A DNA stretch of 61,879 bases from an uncultured Bifidobacterium sp. (GTDB lineage Bacteria > Planctomycetota > Phycisphaerae > Phycisphaerales > SM1A02). Each line of letters opens with the position of its first letter. The stretch's first letter is position 1. The stretch lies in the NCBI GenBank assembly GCA_964552505.1, contig CAZKHO010000001.1, positions 1 through 61,879 of the forward strand, given 5' to 3'. Below, one piece after another: positions 34,358 to 41,451 of this stretch. Under the pieces are notes generated by a model, which saw only the letters and a list, made by a program, of their open reading frames with translations, did not search any database and had not been told where the DNA came from. The translations under genes were made by a program, and so were the position numbers.

Positions 34358-37354
34358 TCAGGCCGCACCTTCGCTGCCCCCCAGCGCGGAGGCCGTCCAG
34401 CGGATGTCGCGAAGTTCCTGAAGGGCCCGCTCCACACGCGCCGCATCCTCGAATTGACCGTTTTCACGCAAGGCCGTGTATCGGGTCGAAAGGCTGTTCA
34501 GAAGCGTGTTGGCGGACCGCCAGATGCTGCCCACGGTCTCTGCCTGAAGGGGCGGCATGCCCGCAAGGAGACCACCGTGCACCCCCAGCCATCGCTGCAC
34601 CGCCTCACGGAGCTCGGGCGTGACACCGGCGCCAACGGGAGTCACGGGCGGCTCATAGGGCTTCGAGGTTGAGTTGCTGGCAGCGGCCGCCGCCGGCATC
34701 TCCATGGGCATGCGGATGCTGAACACGCGCTCCAGCTCGGCCCGAGAATCGGCCAAGGCCGGCACACCCTTGACCAGGACCTTGCAGATGGCGGCCTGAA
34801 GCACTGGGTCCGCAGCCAGGCCGTCGAAACCATGCTTGCCGAAGGAGGTCAGCACGGCGCCGTCCACGCCGGCAAACCGCATGATCTCGCTCTCGAAGAG
34901 CGCACCCGAGAGCGCCGCTCCCGGCTGACGGAGCGACTCGTCCATCTCCTTCTCCAGTTCGCGCATGAACCCGTGCAGGTGCGTCCTGGCGCCCTCGGAG
35001 CCGCGTGACCCGGGCACACCACCCATGGAGCCCAGCGATGCCGCGGCCGGAGCCGGCGAGCGGGACGCCAGCCACTCCAGGCAGCACGCGACGAACTCGC
35101 GGATGAACGGAGCGCGCATCTGGATGGCGGCCAGCGCGATCTCCGGGTTGGCGCGAGCCAGGAACGGGCCGGTCAACTCCACCATCTCGTGGCCCAGCTC
35201 GCCGCCCTGCTCGTCCATCACCTTGACCTGCAGCCGCTGCGCCGCATCCACATGGGTGGCGCCGTCGAAGTCGATCTTGTCGCCCAGCTGCGTCCAGGTC
35301 TGCGTGGAGCTCCACGATCCCGGCGCGCTCTCGGCGGGCACCGCCTTGCACGTCACGCGGCGCTCGAAGGGCTGGCCCTTGGAGCCCAGGAGCCCGCGGA
35401 CCATGACCGGCGACCCACCATTCCACAGGCGCACCAGCAGCGCCTTTCCGGCCGCGATGCCCTCGCCCGCCAGGCGGAGTTCCACCCCGTCCGCATGTCC
35501 ACCCGCGCTGGCGCGCGTCACGCGATACTGAAGCGCAGGCTTGGCACGGGGACCGCGGGCGACATTGCGAAGCCACTCCACCTGCGTGGGATCCAGCCGA
35601 CCGGGGTCGGGCAGTCCGTACGGCGACATGGGACGCTGGTCGTGCAGCCGAACCACGTCCATGGCGGCGCGGACCACTTCCGGCGTGAAGCCACGGGAAT
35701 CATGATCGCCGCGAAGCATCCGGTAGGCCTGCTGGAAGTCGCCGCGTTCCGCGGCCTGGACGGCCGGATGGGCGGCCGGGGAGGCCGACCCGGCAGGATT
35801 GTCCGCGTTGATGCCCTTGTTCAACAGCGCATGGAGACGGGTCTTGGTCTCCCACGGCAGGGCGTGCGCAGCACCAAACTCGGTCTTCTGGATGATCTCC
35901 TCACCAAACTCGCGCAGTTTGGCACCGTCAGCCACCGGCGTCGGCCGCGCCAGATACCGGATCACCAGCAGCGCTGCGTCGGCGTAGTTGCGCTCGCGCA
36001 TGAAGGAACGGATCCAGAGCACGCGAACCTCTCGGAGCCACTCGCGCGCCGAGACGGGCAGCTTGTCCTCGGATCGCGAGAACTGCTGCAACTCCGGGGA
36101 CATGGCAAAGCCGTCGGCCCGAGGCGCGGATTCACCGGTCACACGGGCGCACACCTCGCGCGCCATCTCCTCGCGACTGCAGTTGTAGTGGAAGGTGGCC
36201 CAGGCCAGCATGAAGCGCACGGAGGCCGCCGCGTGATGTTGATCCGCGGCGAACTGCCAGTCATTCTCCAGCAGGCTGCGGCCCGCCTCATAGATCTCTC
36301 GGATGCGCGCATCCGCCTCCTGCTCGCTGGCCGGCACCTTGGACGGCGTTCCGGCGACCGGGGCCGCTGCCGGAACGAACACGCCGGCATTGGGAGTGAA
36401 GCGCGCGTGGTAGCGGACCAGCGCGTGGAGATACGTCGCCGCCACAGCGGGGCGGTACTTGGAGCCCACCGGACTCTTGTCCCAGGCTTCCGCCAGGAGC
36501 GTGATGGCGTCACCCAGCCACTCGTCGCGCTCCAGTTTCAGATCCACCGACGCCAGGATGGCGAGCGGGTCCAGCGTCTCGCCAAAAACCTTCTTGGCCT
36601 GGTCGAAGCACCGATCCGCCTCCGTCCGCGCGCTGAACTTCTGCGGCGAGCCCTCGCCGGCGTGCCTGAAGATGGCCCGCCACGCAAGTCCGCGTGCGTA
36701 CCAGCCCCATCCCGCGGCGTCACCACTGGTGGTCTTGTCAGCAAGCTTCTCGCCGATCAGCCCGGCGATGAGCGCCTTGGGCTCCGGAATGCCGCGGAGC
36801 GCGGTCTCCGCCTCGCCCGTCAGACGCGCGACGGCCGCCCGGCGGATCGTGGCGTAGTGGCCACCGTTCTCAGCCTGCGAGAATCCGAGTTCGGACGGGT
36901 CGGCGGAGAACTCCACTCCGACCAGTTCCATGAAGTTGGCACCGGCCTTGGACCAGATCTGGTGCTCCAAGCTTGTCATCGAACCACCCGCCGGAGGGCG
37001 GCCTCCAAAGCCCGCTGGAGAGCCGAAGCCCGTCGATCCGTAGGACGAAGTCGAAGAGGGCTTCGAGCCCCGGCCCGCCCGCCGCGCCACGATCAACGCC
37101 ACCACCACGCCCACCACCAGCGCCGCCACCAACGCCACGGGCAACGCCCACGCCGGCAGCGCGTCCACCGGAGCGGCCGCTGACGGTGCACCCTTGGCGC
37201 CCGCCGCCGGAGCCGCGGTCGACTGCGCCGCCCACGCAGCACCGACACTCACCAGGTAGGACAGCGCCGCGATCGATGGCGCCATGGCGCGTCCGGGCAA
37301 CATCCCCCGAAGGTGCATGCGGCCGGAAACTCGCCCGAAAGTCTTCTTGTTCAT
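34358..37354 (-). CDS. About 1000-aa single-pass membrane protein with a large predicted cytoplasmic domain, unassigned
   Basis: Start at MNKKTF (ATG at 37354). Signal-like segment, then about 25 Ala/Pro-rich residues, then TM ALPVALVAALVVGVVVALIV followed by ARRAGRGSK. About 870 aa of helical-looking sequence with no motif I recognise. Confidence 0.7.
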   Translation of the reverse strand: MNKKTFGRVSGRMHLRGMLPGRAMAPSIAALSYLVSVGAAWAAQSTAAPAAGAKGAPSAAAPVDALPAWALPVALVAALVVGVVVALIVARRAGRGSKPSSTSSYGSTGFGSPAGFGGRPPAGGSMTSLEHQIWSKAGANFMELVGVEFSADPSELGFSQAENGGHYATIRRAAVARLTGEAETALRGIPEPKALIAGLIGEKLADKTTSGDAAGWGWYARGLAWRAIFRHAGEGSPQKFSARTEADRCFDQAKKVFGETLDPLAILASVDLKLERDEWLGDAITLLAEAWDKSPVGSKYRPAVAATYLHALVRYHARFTPNAGVFVPAAAPVAGTPSKVPASEQEADARIREIYEAGRSLLENDWQFAADQHHAAASVRFMLAWATFHYNCSREEMAREVCARVTGESAPRADGFAMSPELQQFSRSEDKLPVSAREWLREVRVLWIRSFMRERNYADAALLVIRYLARPTPVADGAKLREFGEEIIQKTEFGAAHALPWETKTRLHALLNKGINADNPAGSASPAAHPAVQAAERGDFQQAYRMLRGDHDSRGFTPEVVRAAMDVVRLHDQRPMSPYGLPDPGRLDPTQVEWLRNVARGPRAKPALQYRVTRASAGGHADGVELRLAGEGIAAGKALLVRLWNGGSPVMVRGLLGSKGQPFERRVTCKAVPAESAPGSWSSTQTWTQLGDKIDFDGATHVDAAQRLQVKVMDEQGGELGHEMVELTGPFLARANPEIALAAIQMRAPFIREFVACCLEWLASRSPAPAAASLGSMGGVPGSRGSEGARTHLHGFMRELEKEMDESLRQPGAALSGALFESEIMRFAGVDGAVLTSFGKHGFDGLAADPVLQAAICKVLVKGVPALADSRAELERVFSIRMPMEMPAAAAASNSTSKPYEPPVTPVGAGVTPELREAVQRWLGVHGGLLAGMPPLQAETVGSIWRSANTLLNSLSTRYTALRENGQFEDAARVERALQELRDIRWTASALGGSEGAA

Positions 37355-37470
37355 CGTTGGTGGAGCCTTGGTGGATTCCTTCGTCGACCGTGCCAGGCGG
37401 CAGGTCGTGGGGATGGTACTGGTGCCTGCGGACCCCCGCAATCGATTCGCCCGGCACCTACGATGCTCGG

Positions 37471-39411
37471 ATGGGGATCAAGCGCGCCAGGACCCGCACT
37501 CAGACCAGCGTCGGCGGCGCCGCCACGGTCCAGGTCCGGCTGGCGTCTCCGAACGAGCGCCCCCTTCCCGATCGACTTCGCGCCGCGCTGCCTGGTCTGC
37601 AGGGCCCGCTGCTGGAGGCACCCAACCTGCCCGATCTGCCGGGAGTCGGGCTGGCTGCGGCACTTGCGTCGCCGGCCGCCGGTGCCCACTTCCTGCTGGC
37701 CGAGAGCGCCGCGGGAGATCCGATGGCGCGTGCTCGAAAGCTGATCAGGCACCTCCGCACCGCCGGCATCGGCGCGCTCCCCTGCCGCGTCTGGCTGCTG
37801 GCTTCGGACGCTTCGCCCCTGGCCTCCGAGATGGCCAGCGCCGCTCGCGCGGGCGTGCTGCGGCCGCCGGATCTGGAGCCGGCGCGGCTTCGCGGTCTGC
37901 TGCTTGGATCGGTGCAGCTGGAGCTGGGAGAGGTTCCCGCGGCACAGCGAAGGGACTGCGTGTGGCAGGTGTCCCGACTGTTCGGCGAGCGCGTGATGCC
38001 GCCGTCCTTGGACGCGGGCGCGGAGCAGGACACGCTTCCGGAAGAGCGACGGCTGGCGCGTGAGATCGCCGGACTGCGAGCGTCGCTGGCCACCGCGGAG
38101 ATGGATCCGCACCAGCTGGACGCGCGCGCCCGTGTGTGGACGCAGGGCGCGCGGATGGTGCGTGGCGTGACCGGCTCCGGGAAGACCTCCGTGCTGGCGG
38201 CAGCCACCGCGCTGGCCGTGGATGCAATGGCCTGCAAGGCGCGCACCGCGCCCGCCGCCGCGCCGCGCGTGCTGGTGACCTGCCCCGAACGCTCGCTGCT
38301 GCCCGCGCTGCAGGAGCGCATCACCGGATGCTTCACGGCGCGCACCGGGGCGCGGCGCCTGCCGCGGTGGGTGGAGTTCCGCGCGCTTCCCGAAGTGGTG
38401 AGTCGCGTGGCCGCACAGCTGGGTGCCAAACCCCCCGTGGATGCCACGCTGCCCCAGCGCGAACGGCTGGCGCTGGACGCGCTGCGGACCGCCGGAGCCG
38501 TGCCCGCCGCGGCCGCATGCGACCTGGTGGTGCTGGACGAGGCCCACGACGCGTCGGACCAGGCCCTGGAGCTGCTGGCGGCGCTGGCCGAAGGCCGAAA
38601 CCCCGGTGATCCCCGAGTGCACGCCTACTTCGACGACGCGCAGGCCATGGCTCCGGCGGGTGCCGAGACCGCACGCGGCCTGCGACGGCGATGGAAGTCG
38701 CTGGGCCTTCGCGCCACCGGACTTCGATCGGTGCTGCTGGACCAGGCCTACCGCACGCCGTTGGAGACGCTGGAACCGGCGTTCAACCTTCGGCTTGGAA
38801 CGCTGCGTGCGGAACGCGTGGCCGACGCGGCGGACTGCGTGGAGCTGGACCGGCTGGTCTCGCGCGGCAAGGTGGTCCTGGATCACGACGGCTGGGCACG
38901 CGTCCAGTTTGCCGTCCGGGACGGCGGGCGCTGGCCCCTGGTCCACCGGCGCAACGGGCGGCGTGCGGCGCTGCAACACGCGATCGACTCCGCGGCCAAG
39001 CTGGTCCGCACCTTCGGCCTGCTTCCGGAGGACGTGGCGGTGCTGGCGCCGGACCTTGGCACCCTCGAGGAACTGGAGGTGCTTGCGCGACCCCACACCG
39101 CCACCCCGGTCCGGGGCTCCACGGATCTCTCTCGCACGCTGATTCCCGTGGAGGGCAGCCGGCCCGTGGTGGCATGCACCGCCAACGCCGCGCGCGGCCT
39201 GGAATGGCCCGTGAGCATTCTCGTAGGATGGGAAGGGATGGCAGTGACATCGGAAACCCGGGCCGGGCTCTATGTGGCCATGACGCGCACGCAGCATCTG
39301 TGCATGCTGGTCACCACGCGGTCGTGCACGCTGGCGGACGAGCTGGAAGCGTGCATCGAGCGGAGCCGCCGCGCTCGGGGGAACGGCCGCACTCAAGGAG
39401 CCCCCGCATGA
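37471..39411 (+). CDS. UvrD/Rep-like superfamily 1 helicase with an unassigned 190-aa N-terminal domain
   Basis: Walker A VRGVTGSGKTSV. Walker B LVVLDEAHDA. C-terminal ARGLEWPVSILV and LYVAMTRTQH motifs. Start at MGIKRAR (ATG at 37471). Confidence 0.8.
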   Translation: MGIKRARTRTQTSVGGAATVQVRLASPNERPLPDRLRAALPGLQGPLLEAPNLPDLPGVGLAAALASPAAGAHFLLAESAAGDPMARARKLIRHLRTAGIGALPCRVWLLASDASPLASEMASAARAGVLRPPDLEPARLRGLLLGSVQLELGEVPAAQRRDCVWQVSRLFGERVMPPSLDAGAEQDTLPEERRLAREIAGLRASLATAEMDPHQLDARARVWTQGARMVRGVTGSGKTSVLAAATALAVDAMACKARTAPAAAPRVLVTCPERSLLPALQERITGCFTARTGARRLPRWVEFRALPEVVSRVAAQLGAKPPVDATLPQRERLALDALRTAGAVPAAAACDLVVLDEAHDASDQALELLAALAEGRNPGDPRVHAYFDDAQAMAPAGAETARGLRRRWKSLGLRATGLRSVLLDQAYRTPLETLEPAFNLRLGTLRAERVADAADCVELDRLVSRGKVVLDHDGWARVQFAVRDGGRWPLVHRRNGRRAALQHAIDSAAKLVRTFGLLPEDVAVLAPDLGTLEELEVLARPHTATPVRGSTDLSRTLIPVEGSRPVVACTANAARGLEWPVSILVGWEGMAVTSETRAGLYVAMTRTQHLCMLVTTRSCTLADELEACIERSRRARGNGRTQGAPA

Positions 39412-40685
39412 GATACACCCTGCAGCGCCAGAACGGCGTCTCGCGACGCGACCTGTCCGCCACCGAACTGCTGGCCCTCTGCAAGCTGGGCGAGATCGGC
39501 TCCGAGGACCTGATCCAGCGCGAAGGCGACACCGCGTGGCACCACGCCTCCACCATCCCGGAACTGGCCGAACTCATGCGGTCGCAGGAGCGGCCGCGAC
39601 GGGAGTGGACGGAGATCTTCGAGGAGATCAATCCGCTGGTGCCCATGATCGAGAACGGCCGGGGGTGCGGCAGCGGACTGCTCATCTCGGCGGACGGGTT
39701 GGTCCTGACCAACAGGCATGTGATCGAGTGGGGCGACCGCGCGGAGAAGGGGGCCACCGCCATGGTGCGCTTCCCGAAGGGTGGCGCGCACCGCGCCATC
39801 CTGGTGGCGGCGGCACCGGACTGGGATCTGGCGCTCTTGCGCTGTCCCTTGGCGGGGCAGCGGTTCTTTGATCTGGAGAGCCGGGCCGGCAGAGACATCC
39901 GGCAAGGCAGCGCCGTGGCGAGCATCGGCCATGCACGGGGGCTGCGCAGTTCGATGATGCAGGGCATCGTCAGCAACCCGTTGGTGTCCTGGCTGGAGTG
40001 CGTGAAGCTGGACTTGGCCGGCGATCCCCGCACGGGCAAGGAATTCGTCCAGGTGGACATGCGGATGCCGCAAGGAATGAGCGGAGGCCCCTGCATCGAC
40101 AACACGGGAGCGCTGGTGGGCGTCAGCACCTGGGGCGACGCCAAGGCCTATGACGACTCGGTCAACTTCGCCATCCCGGCCGCCGCGGTGTGCGCCTGGG
40201 TCGGTTCCATCCGGCACGGCATCGCAGCGGGAACCATTCACATGCCCACCGATGCGGAGATCCACGCCGCCCAGATCCGCCCAGATCCAAGGGTGGCGGT
40301 CGAGTTGGCCATGCTGGAATCAGGCTTTCAGGCGCGGCGGTTGCTGCAGAAGGACACCCGTTCGCAGGATCATGCCTGGCGTCTGGGCGTGCAACTGAAG
40401 GACCGTGACAAGCCTCTGGAATTCGCCATCTGGCTCTCGGGCCCCGAGGCGGATGGCGAGAGCGCCACGCTGTCGATCCGCTCAGCCGCCATCAACCGTG
40501 ACGGTCTCAAGTTGGCCGATCTGCTCCGATTCCAGTCGAAGAGCGGTCAGGCCCGCGCCTGCCTGGACGACGACGCGCAACTGCTGGTGGAGGCCACTCG
40601 ACCGGTGCAGGATCTGGACGCCAGCGAGGTCCTATCCATGCTGGGCGATGCGATCGGCCTGACGGTGGCCCTGATGGACCGCTGA
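39408..40685 (+). CDS. GYF_2 domain, trypsin-like (S1) serine protease and YbjN-like C-terminal domain in one protein
   Basis: ATGA overlap with the helicase stop. N-terminal MRYTLQRQNGVSRRDLSATELLALCKLGEIGSEDLIQREGDTAWHHASTIPELAELM fits GYF_2. Catalytic triad LTNRHV, DLALLRC, GMSGGPC. C-terminal LLRFQSKSGQARACLDDDAQLLVEATRPV is YbjN-like. Confidence 0.8.
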   Translation: MRYTLQRQNGVSRRDLSATELLALCKLGEIGSEDLIQREGDTAWHHASTIPELAELMRSQERPRREWTEIFEEINPLVPMIENGRGCGSGLLISADGLVLTNRHVIEWGDRAEKGATAMVRFPKGGAHRAILVAAAPDWDLALLRCPLAGQRFFDLESRAGRDIRQGSAVASIGHARGLRSSMMQGIVSNPLVSWLECVKLDLAGDPRTGKEFVQVDMRMPQGMSGGPCIDNTGALVGVSTWGDAKAYDDSVNFAIPAAAVCAWVGSIRHGIAAGTIHMPTDAEIHAAQIRPDPRVAVELAMLESGFQARRLLQKDTRSQDHAWRLGVQLKDRDKPLEFAIWLSGPEADGESATLSIRSAAINRDGLKLADLLRFQSKSGQARACLDDDAQLLVEATRPVQDLDASEVLSMLGDAIGLTVALMDR

Positions 40686-41399
40686 TCAGCGCCCGCCGCC
40701 ACGCTCGTCGCGACGCGCGCGCCGGATCAGCCGAAGCAGCTCCTCCACGCCGCCCGCCTCACGGATGGCCTGCTCGATCATCTCCCGCTGCGAGGCGTCG
40801 CTGACGCCGGGCACGTCGATGTCCACCGAGTCGGTGGCTTCCAGGCCTCCGCCGGACGAGTCGCCGGAATCGTCGCCGTCGTCGTCACCGCCGTCGCTTC
40901 CCTCGTCTTCATCGTCGCCGGAGCGGAAGAAGTCCACGTCCACCACGCCGCGCTCGGTGGCGCAGGTGAGCGGCTCGTGGAAGGTGTCCAGGGCACGACC
41001 CATGGCTGACACCACGGCGGCGATCTGCCCGGCCGTGATCGTGCCGTCATCCACCGGAAGCTCGCACACCAGGTCCATCCGAACCTCGTCACCATGGTCG
41101 TACAGCTCGAACTGGCAGAAGTCCGTCAGATCGCACACGCGGAGCATGGTCTCGCAGGTGGCGGCAAGGTGGGCGCGGGACTCCAGCTGGTACACGTCCT
41201 CGATGGTGGCCAGCATCGTCTTTCCATCGTGCTCGGTGGTGAAGATCAGATCGAAGCCCTGTTCGCCCTCCGGGTTTCGGTACTCCTCCGAACGGAAGCT
41301 GACATGGCAGAGGCGATGCCCGTCGTCGGCCTTGAGGATGTCGCAGGTCCAGCCGCATTCCCGGATTCGTTCTGCGATCTGGCGGATGGAGATGGGCAT
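40686..41399 (-). CDS. YbjN-like (T3SS-chaperone-like fold) protein with a strongly acidic C-terminal tail
   Basis: Start at MPISIRQIAERI (ATG at 41399, with GGAG 7 nt upstream). The pattern HRLCHVSF...FDLIFTTEHDGKTMLATIEDVY...RVCDLTDFCQFELYD...VRMDLVCELPVDDGTITAGQI fits YbjN. Tail GDDEDEGSDGGDDDGDDSGD. Confidence 0.65.
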   Translation of the reverse strand: MPISIRQIAERIRECGWTCDILKADDGHRLCHVSFRSEEYRNPEGEQGFDLIFTTEHDGKTMLATIEDVYQLESRAHLAATCETMLRVCDLTDFCQFELYDHGDEVRMDLVCELPVDDGTITAGQIAAVVSAMGRALDTFHEPLTCATERGVVDVDFFRSGDDEDEGSDGGDDDGDDSGDSSGGGLEATDSVDIDVPGVSDASQREMIEQAIREAGGVEELLRLIRRARRDERGGGR

Positions 41400-41431
41400 G
41401 CGCGTGCTCCGGGAGGTTGCGTTGAAGCTCC

Positions 41432-41441
41432 ATGCTAGCAT
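41432..41441. promoter_or_regulatory. Perfect 10-bp palindrome ATGCTAGCAT in the 52-bp divergent intergenic region
   Basis: Reads as an extended -10 (TGcTAGCAT) on both strands. It sits 11 nt before the plus-strand ATG at 41452 and 33 nt before the minus-strand ATG at 41399. It could also be an operator. Confidence 0.35.
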
Positions 41442-41451
41442 CCCCCGCGCC

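Noticed and set aside
35189-39396. ORFs 35189..37183 (+, 664 aa) and 37351..39396 (-, 681 aa)
   Set aside because: They are antisense to the membrane giant and to the UvrD-like helicase respectively. They have shadow-ORF composition. The helicase frame has all the SF1 motifs.
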